Shown here one piece after another: positions 12,284 through 24,949 of a DNA stretch of 64,000 bases (the first letter of the stretch is position 1; each line of letters opens with the position of its first letter). Below the pieces are notes generated by a model. That model was not told where the DNA came from. It made no database searches and saw only the letters and a program-made list of their open reading frames with translations. The stretch spans positions 110,360,001-110,424,000 of the forward strand of contig OZ320314.1 in assembly GCA_976226885.1 (NCBI GenBank), read 5' to 3'. Both the position numbers and the translations under genes were made by a program. Origin of the DNA: Iphione sp. A-MEVVRFRX5 (taxonomy: Eukaryota).

Positions 12284-15200
12284 CTCACGCTTTCCTTCCC
12301 GGTTCGACTCTCCAGGTACCGTGACTTTGCGCGATAAGTTCAGACCTTGGAGCAGGTCATATTACTGTCTGCTATTCAGCAAGCCCCCCCGTAGTGGCGT
12401 GACAACGAGTGCCGGCAATGGGTCTCGTGTAAGTAGTAGAGAAAGCGGCTTGTATTACTGACATTCCTTGAGCTGCTATCGCCACGCAGCCTTGTTTAAC
12501 TGCCTTTACCGAGCTTCCCGCGTATTCTGTTAAACGAATACAATTACGCCGCCCCCAAAACCATATAACAAGCCTTTGGTCTCCTGTAAAAAGTGATTGC
12601 TCTGACTTACAAACAAACCTTTACCCTTTACTCTGTTAGGGAATACAGTTATTGTCTCTGTGTGAGAAGCTTGCCCACTGAACATACTTCAGACTCCAAC
12701 TTCATTATCGTACAGAAGTCTATTACACTGGACTTCGTCAAAAAATTGAAGCCTTTTGTAACTACCTTCACCCAAGAGAGTACAACGACTGTCCCCACTC
12801 CATCAAGATCACCCTTTTAGTGCACATTCATCTGATTTTTACACCTTTGTTTTCATGTTTACACAGTAGTCAATTTTATATCTGGATAATATTCGGTCTG
12901 ATCATGATTGTTGCGCCATTTTTTCATCAAATCTCCAAAGGGCAGTGGACCCGCGTTTATCGAATAAGCATTCAAAGTCTTATATTGTTAGGGAACTATT
13001 TGATTTGACATAAATCATCACAGTTTTCCTTATGCGAATTAACACTCGAACAGAACGACCTTGTAGGAAATAAACGCAGTTCCGGAATCCATGGCCAAGT
13101 GTATACTTTTACGAAAAGACTACCAATGTCCGCTAGTAAATACCTGTCCTTTTAGCAAACATTAAACTGCTTTTGTCCCTTTCGTTATCGTGTGCAGTGG
13201 TCCTCTGAAGAACTTGATTCGATTCTATGACCATCATGAAGGCAGGGATTTACGACTTTTTTTTCGAATGTATTTAGTCCGATCATTTACACTAACAAAG
13301 GTATACGGGTCCCCGGAGAAGCCATACGGTAGGAAATTTCAGAACGAATAAAATCATAGACAACTCTACTGTTTATCATAACATTCTTACACATCATAAC
13401 CCATCAACAATGTTTCTTTCTTTACGTAATAATGCCAGTATATTACAGTCTTGAATTGTTGATCTTATTTGTTGCTGGCTTCCATACTGGCTTCAATATT
13501 GTCCCCACATTTCTGGTCGGGTGGCTTCCTCTTTCGTCGTTGCCAATACTTCATTTCCTCCCGGTTTCACGCAGGGCGGCACGCCCACCCGCAGCTCTAC
13601 CTGTCATTGCTCAGAGCCTGTCGACAAAGGGCCTCCGTGGAGCACGTGGGGCGATGGTAGTTCGTCGTGGACCTGGCCAGGCTGGCCGGCACATCCATTC
13701 TGTCGCTTCACTTAGCGCCTTTTAGGACACAAGCCCCCATCACAACGTCGGGTCACCCGTAGCGCCTACACTCTCAGGACGACGGGCAAGTTTCCAGGCT
13801 AACCCGGCACGTACGGAAACCGATTTGGCGGCCCCCATTTAATTCTGGACCCATAGGAGACCTGAAGTAGTCAGAATGTTTCGATAGCTGACTATGCATC
13901 TGCTGTCGACATCAGCAGAATACGCTAGAAGTTCGTAGAAGTGTTATTCCTATAGAGATTTTGCTAATTTACAAGAAAATCGTAGCATTATGGCGCGGAG
14001 TGACAAGTTCACATCAGAAGAAATATTCATCAGCTCTCCACGTCATACACTCAGGTACCTACTGTGATGAGTATCATGTATATGATGCGTATATACCTGC
14101 CCATGTATACTTGACGTTAAGCCTACTTTGTGGTGTAAACAAATACTAGATGCAGGGACTGTATTACCCATTTCAGACTAGAAGGAGAAAACATAAAATG
14201 TCACAACTAAAACCATGTCATAACTTGTCATGACAAGGCTCTCAATATTTCACATACAATGAGAAGATTGCTCCCATAGAGAGGCCTGTTGTTTAGCATT
14301 CTGGTTGTCTCTGTTCTACAAAAATTCAGTCCTTGTTTTCGTTGGAAATGGTTCACCTATTTTTTCATTTTTTTTCAGACCGATTTCCTTTCTTTCTCTT
14401 CAAAAGAGGTGACAAATGGTGACCTCTGAAAGTCTCCATAACCGCCTCTTAAAAACAGGTTTTAATTTGCCACATGTAGGGCAGTTCATATCATAATGGT
14501 AATCATTGTTATGACAGGGACCAGAAAGTCAGAAATATTGACTGACTGATTGAGTTACTTGTGTATCCTACCCTGATCACTTGGAGTCACTGAGAGACCC
14601 AAAATAAGTTGTCTGCTATCAATACTCACGTTGTGTGGACTTCATTTGTCCCTCTGTATCAGTATCTAATGCCTCATCATACTGCTCACATTTTTGCCTG
14701 TTGACTGCAACCATATAACAAATTATGCAAAGCACAAGTTCATACATGTACCTCCTATCTATTTTTGGTGTCTAAAAAATTGCTTCGAGTAAAAAATAAA
14801 TCCTGTAACAAACAAAGTCTCCATTAGCAAGATGATCAGAGTAATAGAAAGTTATAGAAATTCTTTAGGTCCCCTCAACACGTCATATTCCATTAGCTTT
14901 AATGGAATACTTTTCAGATCGACAGAAACGCGGTTTCTTCACTATTTAGGTATTATTTGTAGAATCACTAAGGGCCAAGAGTTTGTAATGCATAATTTTT
15001 TCTATAATGTTAAAGCTCCAGGTTGCGTGGTTGATAGGATCACCAGATAGAAATATATGCTCATATTTCTTTGTTTTTTTCAGCTATCATCGTCAAAAAT
15101 CGTTCAGCCCAAAGGGTCCATGGTATTTCTTTTGTAATTTGAAAGCTCTAGGACTGTTCTTCTGGAGTTATAAGTACCATAAGATCGATCTGGCCAGGTG

Positions 15201-18200
15201 CTCAGACACAAGGAAAATTGGAGGGTGGGACAACAGCATTCGTTAGGTTCCCAGCTCTCCGCAAGGGGGGACCAGTTAGACTATGACTGGCTAAAAAAAC
15301 ACGCGTACACACGTACACATTAGCATTAACATCTCTACATGTTACTTTCCTGCAAATAATAAAGGTAGATTCTGACCACTAGAAACCACTGTCAGTCGTG
15401 TCTATTCTTAATTGGATGCCGGCAATCTATGCCCCACTGTTTTCTTCATCCGCTATAACAGAGATCCCTGACCACATGTGCCGTTAACGAACGCTCCTTT
15501 TGGTCAGGTGACCAGCAGGCTTGGTGCTAGCGTGGGAGCCTAGAAGGAGGGGACGGGGGTTAGTGTTGACCTCAGCGTTGGTCTGGTCGGATTACATCGT
15601 GTCTGACAAAAGCATGACCACCCCTGGAGGCGGACCCCTGCTGGAGGCTGGATTGAAGGGGAGCATGCGCCGAGTGCACTTCCCAAGCTATACAGATTGT
15701 ATGGCCAACGCCACAGGCTTCCTCCAGCCACAGCCCCTTTTCAGAGCTGCGTCAGATCAAAGTCACCTGTCTGATTCCTGTGGTTTTCCAGGAATGTTAT
15801 CAGATATAGTCCACGCATTTTATTGTAATTCTTCAAGACAATGGACCTGACTGAATTGTTCTTCAGGAGAATGAATCAAAGAAATAATCATCATCTAAAT
15901 AGAGCAGCAACCTCATGGCACAGCTATTCGTGTTCCCCTGAGTGACGTGAATTTTAGTGACACCTAGCGGGTAGGCAGTATAACTAGACCCTCATTGCAG
16001 TAGGCTCCCTCGACTGTGGACGGACATTTCTATAATCCCCTTCAAACATATCCACGTTACATGCATATATTAGTGGTCTAATATTCTCCAACACAATATT
16101 CTTTTATTGTCTTCTCCTAACGGTATTACATGTTTACTGATGTTACTACACGGAGGCATAGAGCATGTTTCAGAATAACAAGAAACGCACCAGCAATGCC
16201 CAACTTTTAACACATTGAAAACATTTTTCTGATTTGTATAGGTAAAACCTTTGGAATCATCATCAGCCTTTCTTTCCTGTGGAGAGTGAGGTGGCTGAGA
16301 ATTCTTCGCGCGTTTCTATATTGACTTTTTATCATCGCCATCTCTATCACTATCATGCGTGATGTGTAAAAAACGCTGTATTCGATGCCCCTCCGCGTGA
16401 TGACAGCCCCTACAAGCGAGAGGTCGATGATAACGGCGGTCGGCCAGCCCGTCCCCGTCCATCGACCATCGATCGGCTTCCTGTGTGGAGGGGGGTGGGG
16501 GGATTGGGAAGGGGGAGGGGGAATCATATTTAACGATTACCGAACCAGGTCGGACCTTCTCGAGCTTATAGAGGCTGTTCTCTTAGGGAGGAAAACACGC
16601 ATGATCCGTACAAGCAAGAACGCAAAACGCGTAAAACAAAAGCTCTAAAAGCCATAGACTATGCATTTGAATGTATTAGTCCTTTGTGTAAAGATAAATG
16701 TTGAAGTTATAAACGTGGTCAAGTAGTATCAGAGGAAAATGTAACGAAATGATGCATTTGTTTCTTCAACGGTAATTTGTACTTCTGTTCCACGTGTTTA
16801 AATCCAGCAGATCTATTCTCATCCACACAATGCTTTCCGCCTTTGTAGTCATTGGAAGTATGTGGTGCCTATAACATATATCAACTTTATTTATTTTTCC
16901 TGTTTCTACAATACGACACAGCTTTAATGAATGATATTTGGGAACAACAGTTAACCATTGGGTAGCAGGGACGAATGCCCGTAAATGAATTGTCTTTGAG
17001 AGAACCTCGAGGAAGAAGTGGTTCGCGTCTGATCCGCTAGGGGGAGGCATCTGAGTCACTCGCCCGGCGGAGACGGGTCTTCAAACCTGCTCTCCAAACG
17101 CAATCGCTCAATTAGGATGTTCACAAATGTGTCCAATATACTTTGCATAATCATATCGTCACTGACATCCGCCAGAGGTTTTTATCCACGTCCTGCAAGC
17201 ATACCAGGGTCGATACCTCAATTTCCTTACCATAAAAACGCCTTAGAAAAGGATAAAAAGAGACAAGACTGATCATAATCACGGTGACACTCATAAAACC
17301 CTGCTATAAAGTAATATTCATCGCTGCGCCTACCCATTACAACGTTAACGCCAGGAGTGACCCAGTTAGGGAGCGTATAATTAAGAGAGGCCTGTTACAA
17401 GCCGGCATTCCTCAGTCAGCACCCTGCTTTGATTAACATTTATACATGTACAGCCATTCTGTCTTCCATAGAACATCTGTTTCAAACATTGTTTCATCTT
17501 AAAGTAATACCAATGTAAGCCTTACGTTCTGTTTTGTGTGTTTTGTGGCATGCTATCGCTAGCAATCCGAGGAAGTAGATCCAAGCATCAGAGCAAATTT
17601 GCCGGCCTGATGAGTTGACCGAGGTCTCACCTAGCGGTATCCGCGCGAATCACTTTCTAAGCGCCACTTTCTGACGCCCGGCCAGCGTACAGCAAGCAGG
17701 TGATTGATTGCTTATCGATCAGCTCTCTTAGAATAAGTCGTTCAAATGGCCCCGTGTACTTCAACGAAAACTAATATCTAACAAATAGTACAGGATCTTC
17801 TGAAATTAGTCGTGGCCGCTCATTCGTAGTTTTGATGAGTGCTTCATTTGCCTTTGTACAGACTGCACTTTTATGAACGTAATAATGCCCCCAACATTCC
17901 GGGTCCATATAGTGTTCTACTGTTTCATTGCATATATTATTAAATTGTTGATCAGGCAAAGGCCATATGAAGTCAGTCTTCAGATTTCTTCATTTACTAA
18001 GATTCAGGCTCTCTGAATACTAATGCTTATAACGAGAAGCTGTTTTTCTAACACAACCCCTTCCCCCCCCCCCAATAACGAGTATAGTTCGGGGAGCATC
18101 CGATGACAATATAGCGCATACGGATTCCTAATGAGACTCTCCTTAGTGTACAAAGAAAATTTCCAAGTCATAGGGGCGTCAATATGCTCAGGTCCCCAGG

Positions 18201-21200
18201 AAGTCTGTGTTTCCGGTAATATGTTTTAAAAAATCTAGGTCGGTATGTTTTAACACACAAATGTCACACTTAAAAGGCTAGACATTCTCTCTCAAGCCTG
18301 GAAACATTACTTCTACTGCTGAGATGATGATAATGTTATCATTATGAAAGCTACTGATCTAAGGAGCATAATGGTGTATTGTATGTGTCTATAGTTGTAT
18401 TCTCAAGATATCAGCAACAGTTATTTTTTTTAAATCGGGGTTTGGTTATCAAAAATAGACGTTTTTAGTATGCCTCATCAAGTACATTTTGATGGCTATA
18501 GCTCATTGTTTCCATGAATATAAAGATAAACTTTGTCAATTCTTTTAGAAGATATCTTTTAGAGAACCATCACCTTTTAGAGAACCATGAACTGTCGATT
18601 ACCTACACACCGGCCAGATACAAACAGAAGTGACATCCAACCTACGACAGAAGGAAACCACTCGTTTATCAGTATCGGCTTAAGTACGTAATCCTGGCTA
18701 ACTCTAGCACTTTTCGATAAATTCGACACAAATACGTTAACAACTGTGATAGTTTGCATGAAATTAAGACGAGGGAAAAATCATAATAAAACGTCAAGAC
18801 TTGAGGCAACTATGCCTCCTGCGTCTATTAACGACAGTCATTTCGTGGCGAGGGCACGGAGTAATGGCTGTATATGGATACAGTTATTCATGTCAGGGAT
18901 CCATTACAGATGATATCTCTGATATTACGCTGGCGTGTCCTTTGTAATAGACGATATTCCAATTTTACCAGGTGATAAGTAGTAAGGTACACACCATAAA
19001 AGCGGGCCCTCCTCCAGTACGTAACAAATTCATCGATAATAGAAATCGGGTTGCCATGTAAGACTGTTGGCCGATTCGGGCATACATATACACCATTTGT
19101 AAATATATGCCACCATATGCATGTACATCTGAAACAACCTTTTCATTGTCACTGTTCAGAACGGAATTTATAAATCCTATATGTAAACCAGCGATGATAA
19201 GATCATATCATGTACACTGTGTGTGCAGAGACAAAACACGTGTAACTGTTCTGCATTGACATATTACAAAGCATTACATGGTCCATCGAAATCCCAAACG
19301 AGCACCATCACTTCGCCAGTTTACCGTCCAAGGATGGTACATAACATATAACGTGCAATTCAATTTGATGAAGAATTGGACTTTTAACCTATTCACCAAT
19401 CTCGAATTGTAGGAGATGGGTGGCCAGAGAAATTCGGTAGACGTACTTTACTGGGCTTGTCCGAGTATCGGCTTGAAGGAAGGATATAGCTCCAGTCCCA
19501 AAAGGTCACTAAACGGCGCCCTACGTTATAATAATGATCCTATCGTGTCTTCCGAACCTGTATTATATCATACTTCATAGTAAACAGGAGAAAAACTGAA
19601 GTCAATAGGGCCGAAATACCAGTAGATGGGTTGAGCCAGGCTGGCTATCATTTATTAGTGGTTATTGAAGGGACCTGGAAGCTTAAGGCTATGTAGGACA
19701 TCAAAAAAAGGACGCTGATAATGAATCATACAGACGCCCTAAACCCGTATCTGTAATGGGTTGATTGTCACAGGCTGAGTTGCGGGGGGGGGACGCTGAA
19801 TTCCCCCTTACCCCCCTACCCACCCACCACTACGTAACCGCCTCTTGACTTCGTCATTGCACTCAGAAAACCGTCGGTAGTATCACTGATGCGATTACAT
19901 GTGCGGCTTCTGGGCTCGGCGGACAACATTGACAAATACTTTAATGACTTCCAGCGATGCGTTCAGACCCTAACTAAAGCGGTGACGGTAACGATTTATA
20001 TGGCAGTGCTATAAATCACGATCGAGAAACTGTAATCTTTTTTTTTCGGAAGAGATTTAATGAAATCACCTGCTAAATACACGACACATCAAGGACAATG
20101 TCTGTATTCCGATTAGAACAGAGAGATTAACTTTCTTGTTCATGGCAACACAGCAATACTTCAAGGACAACTGGGGACGTGTACCTCAAATCGAGGGCTT
20201 TTAGAGTCATTTTTTGAAAAGCTACGTATAAAACGACAGACCCACTGCGAACATACATTCTTAGTGGCGTTATTTCTTACCTACGAGTGATACATAATGG
20301 CTTTTTAGGCTCTGGTGCGCACAGACAATTGATTACAGAAAAAATAAGGGTATTCATTTGACAGAATCGAAAAAAATATCAAATCCGAGGCGGCCATAGA
20401 GCCTTAGCTTTGAAAAAAAGCAGCTCTGAACAACATATTGCTATATTTAAGTATCTACATTATCTCTTCTAAAACGTGGGTTGTTATCTGTCTTTGGTAT
20501 GTCTCTTTACCACACAGAGAGGTGGACAAAATTAAATGGGAGGTGATAGGGAAACTCTACGTTTAACGTCGTCTGTCACATACTTCTTTGGCAATCCTTC
20601 GTTAATTTCCCACTTATATAGATTATGTCCAATTTGTAGTCCAGGAAATGACTTTTGACATTAAACCTCAGCATCCCTAAGTGTGTGTGCTCATGAAAAT
20701 AAATCGATCCAATATCTTTAGGTGTGAAGTTCAAAGGCTAACGGGATTTCTTCATCGTGATCTGGTAATTGCGTAATCCCACACACCGCTTTCGGGGGAG
20801 CAACGAAGAGTTAAAGACTGGCTTACAGTCACAGTAACAGTTTCAGGCAACTGTAACAAGTGTGGTAGACTGTCATAAATATGCTATTAGTGGCAGTGCA
20901 TGCAGAATGAATGTACTAATTGACCTATATGTCGATCGTAACTATGAATATATAACGGCTGTAAATATATAGATATACATATATACATATACATCGGTGT
21001 ATATACATGTACTTAGCCCTATGAAAAGGTTTCGGCATTTTTATCCCCCAAACCACTGAAATACCATCCATGTAGTATCTTTTGGGTGCGTTGGAAATTT
21101 ACGCCTCACAGATATCCAGAGTTCCCCTAAAACATGCGCTAGACATGGAGACACATCCGTGGAAAATGGAAGGCCCCATTCCAAAACGCTACATGTTCTT

Positions 21201-21991
21201 TTCGTGCATTCCCCCAAACTATGGTGAAGACATAGTGACACACTATACGGATAGTACAGGTGCATGGACATCGGGCCTCAAGTACATTTACACACCTCTC
21301 TATAATGCTTGTGTGGGAGAGAAGGCAGTGAAGATTTTAAATGGAAAATCTTTCCAAACAGTGAAACCCCCCCCCCCCTGTTAATTACAAGGTATCATGA
21401 TGGTGATTTGAAATATGGAAGTGTGGCGCAATCTGCGCGCCACCGGAGCCCACACACATTGCAACGCCCATTAATATACATCGAAAAATTGGCAGACACT
21501 ATCCCTATGGCAAGGGCAGGCCACCACTATAACATGTAATTATTCAACTGCTGTTAAACATTATATTCCTGTTATGATGTTTAACAACACTCCTAGTGCG
21601 CATTTAATTTCGTCCGTGGTATACTATTAAATGTATATCTTAGGAACTTTTGCTTCACAAGTTAAGCTGTACTTCTGGCCGGGTTCATCTGGACGAAGAA
21701 AAACATAATGAAAACGGTTGCCATTGATGAATACCAGCCACTTTAAGATGCCTTCATTATCGCCCTTGAGTCTAGAGGCCTACCTAAATTTGTTGTCTGA
21801 ACTACACCGTGAGGGAGTGTCTATAATGTGTACTCTAATTAGAGATTTAATTGCGCGTTTTAACTGTGTCACACAGACACTGAATATCCGCGATCGAGTT
21901 CGGTTTATGTTTTGTGCCTTTGCTAACAGGGCGGTCATAACGACCTTTCCCAGCCAGATGGGGCAGGAGGAAGTCTCGCTTGTCATCTTAC

Positions 21992-22874
21992 CTGCGTATT
22001 CCAGGCCGATTTCTGTAGGCATCTTATTACCAAAGTCCGACCACTTGAGAAACTTGAAGTAGTCCTGTTCGAATTTCTGCCCGCGAAGTTGCCTTGATAG
22101 AAAAGCACTGTGCAGACCGTCAGCAGTGAAGTGACAAAACTTTTCAATGACATCCTCCTGTCCTGCAGGGTTGTAAACAAGCTTCACTTTACTCCACTTG
22201 TAATGATCCAGAATGGCAAAAATGACTCGGGCCAGGGAGTTGATATTGGCCCCTACTCGTGTGACCAGCGGGTAGGTGGATTTCTTCTGCGTGCCGAAGT
22301 CACTGGCCATGGCCCCTGCAGTGATGAGAGGTAAGTTCCAATACGCAAGTTGCCTAGCGACCGGCGCGGCGGCATAATCACAGCAAGGCCCGAAGATCAC
22401 TGACACCTTTTTCTCCAGGTAGAATGTGAACGCCTGGTTGATTGCCTCGGCAATGTGGCACTTGGAGTCGGCGTAGTTGACGCTCATCTCCAGATGGTTG
22501 ACCCGAACCAGGGAGGACATATTCCTCACCTTCTCCATGGCCAGAGAGATGGCAGGGCGAACTCTCTGGATGGAGAACCGCCAGCGGTTACTGGTAGGCA
22601 GGATGACGGCGATGTGGATGCTCTCCCCGCTGGCGACGGGCGTCGACGGCGGCGTCGACGGCGGCGGCGCCATGGCCACCCCGGCCACGAGAGCCGCCAG
22701 CAAAGACACCAGTAACAGCGCCGCCGCCGCTGCCGCTGTCGGCGTCGTCGACGACGACGACGACGCCGACGCCGACGACAAGCCGGTGGGAGCGGCGGCA
22801 CGTCGCCACCGTCGCCGCTGCCAACACGGAGAGCGACTAGGCGATCCCAGGCCCAGGGGTCGTCCAGGGGTCAT
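21992..22874 (-). CDS. First coding exon of a natriuretic peptide receptor / membrane receptor guanylyl cyclase-like gene (signal peptide + N-terminal part of the ANF_receptor ligand-binding domain)
   Basis: ORF 21780..22874 contains IHIAVILP, YADSKC, VIFGPCCDYAAAPVARQLAYWNLPLITAGAMASDFG and YPLVTRVG, typical of the NPR/GC extracellular domain, preceded by a hydrophobic LLLVSLLAALVAGVA. Codon usage is GC-rich. Homology ends at a consensus donor GCAG|GTAAGA (exon end 21992, phase 1; 883 nt = 294 codons + 1), so the last ~70 aa of the ORF-track protein are intron read-through. NPR1/2/3 orthology cannot be assigned from this exon. Confidence 0.9.
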
Positions 22875-23210
22875 TCTCTAGCTCACCTGGTGCTGGGCTT
22901 GCTTCATCAAAGATGTCCCCTTCTGTCCGCCAAGGAAAATGTTTCTTGTACATGCACAAATATTATATCGCTCTCTCTCTCTCTCTCCGACGCCCCAGAC
23001 CAGTCGTCTTTCGGAGATGGTGGCAATGGCACACACAGTGAGTCGTCCTTAGCAGCAGCGCTGCCGCCAAACCTCCGCAGCCGCCTCCGTTGCCCGTTTT
23101 CTGATTACTGCGATACGTCGAGTGGGAAGCCCGGCGCGGCGTAGCTGGGACCTCTCCTCATCGCTCAGGTGAGGGACGATCACTTGACTTTAGCCACCGC
23201 CACCCCCGAC
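22875..23210 (-). other. 5' UTR portion of the same exon, bounded by a splice acceptor
   Basis: Minus strand reads GTTTATTGCAG|GTCGGGGG at 23211/23210. GC/CpG-rich sequence continues from there to the ATG at 22874, implying at least one upstream non-coding exon. Confidence 0.55.
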
Positions 23211-24497
23211 CTGCAATAAACCACAGCATGCCCGGCCTCAGCATTATAGGTACACTTAACAACAAAGAGATTCACACGGGGGACCAACACGAAGAACAGT
23301 TTTCGGACCTCATTAATCCGGACCTGCCCTTATCGGGAGTATTATCCTATACGTAATAATTACTTTTATACTAAGGGAAATTAATGACTTCAATACTATT
23401 CCTTATACGGATGACTCATAATTCTGAATTAAGAGACAGCAATGAAACACGTTGCAGGTCGAATGCACATTTTTCGCTTGCCCGAGGGAACCTCCTCCGG
23501 TTTCTTCCTCAGGGGCGAATAAGAAAACTGTGGAAAGCAGGGGAGCAGAGAGGGAAGCATCCCGTCACTTGTAGAATGGGAGCGGTGCCAAGATCCAAGA
23601 GCCCCTGTAAATGCGACCTGTCTGTCTTGAAAGTAAACACACTTGGCGTCAGATTTATTTATTGTAAATGATCAGTCATCGGACCTGTGTAATATGTCAT
23701 GTGTATTTCACGGCTCGTTAGGTTCTTAGGGGTATGAGGATTGTGTGATCTTAGGACCTGAACCCTCGGGTGAGGAGGCACTTAATAATTAGCATCACCC
23801 ACTTATGTAAAGAGATGCCCCCACTCGCCCCCCGACAAACACATGCACACATAAATGCACACAATGTATGGACCTGTATAGGCATATCATCCCTAATAAA
23901 GGCTGACACAAACTGACGTGACGGTAGTAGTACTAGCACAGGCACTCTTATCAAACTAGGTCATAAATTGGAAACTAGAGTTTGGAAACAGGCCTCATAC
24001 AATTAAAATTGGACCGCCTCTGTCAAAGACAGTCGCACATGAGTTGCGAAGGAATCGTCCAAGTTCTCTTACCTTCTGTTTAGTATACTAATCGTTTAGC
24101 CACGAGATCGGGGCGTGTGATTGTAGTCACTCTTCAGAGTGTGTAGGTTAGGAGAAAGCTCCTCGGATTCCTGCTCCTCTGTGTTATATTTACCGCCGTA
24201 TGTTAATGGAACAGTGTGTAACTAGATGCTTCCTCTCCTTAACTTTTGTCAACGCGCCAGGCTTACCATAAATAAAACGCACCGGAATGAAAATTAATGG
24301 GTCACATTTTTAAGTAGGACTATCCCTCCCTGCTGCATTCTCTCAGTGACTTTTTTCCTGTCTCCCTAAGTTACATGTATGTCTCTCGAGACGCATGTAA
24401 ATTTAAAGGCTGAGACGAAGAAACGGTCGCAAAAGGGGAGCTCTTTGTGCACCTAACTAAAGTCTAAAGTGTGCAGTTCTAACAAACAGAAGAATGA

Positions 24498-24850
24498 GGA
24501 GCGGTTAGCTCAGTTGGCAAGGGCACCGGCCCACTGACTAGAAGGGTCAGGGTTCAGGGGCCAGAAGGAATGATTAAAACAAAGAGTATGTCTACGGTCT
24601 TGACCCCATGTTTGTCTCTTGTGCACTAAGGGACCATCGAGTTCTTTTCAACTTGTGAGTGAAAAGAGGCACTTCATATTCTGGTATCTCCTTATTGGAA
24701 ATAAATAGCAGTACATGTATACTACTGCAGAAGCCCACGGGCGAGAAAGCGCACACAATGTATGTAACCTCGCATGGTAAGCAACTCAATGTTAACAGCG
24801 TAACTTTTGCACTCGTTTCTTTAAAAAAAGTAATACTTTTTTTATTCAAC
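24498..24850 (+). mobile_element. Probable tRNA-derived SINE
   Basis: A box TAGCTCAGTTGG and degenerate B box GGTTCAGGGGCC at 24506-24562, followed by ~290 bp of unique body ending in A/T runs. The 3' boundary is approximate and no TSD was found. Confidence 0.5.
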
Positions 24851-24949
24851 TAACTAGTACCACATTAATATGAGCGCATCGCGACAGAGGAAGCCCCTTC
24901 CTATGTCTATGTACATACATGTACACTATTCCAACAAGCGACTCTCTAC

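Noticed and set aside
12060-12461. ORFs across microsatellites (also 47383-47693, 53559-53927, 61132-61576)
   Set aside because: Open frames are created by dinucleotide/trinucleotide repeats; many also use GTG/TTG starts that are irrelevant in an animal genome.
17607-17640. CTGATGAG plus hairpin as a second hammerhead
   Set aside because: No GAAA core after the hairpin. The same applies to CTGATGA at ~2968, ~10677 and ~53557.
18960-19130. Minus-strand acceptor near 19130 as receptor exon 2
   Set aside because: Translation has no ANF-domain similarity and ends in a stop without a donor.
21780-21991. C-terminal ~70 aa of the 364-aa ORF as receptor sequence
   Set aside because: Lies beyond a consensus GCAG|GTAAGA donor; composition shifts to AT-rich and the family motifs stop.
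22455-22881. Overlapping ORFs with poly-R, poly-D and poly-A peptides
   Set aside because: Alternative frames and antisense of the GC-rich, triplet-repeat receptor exon.
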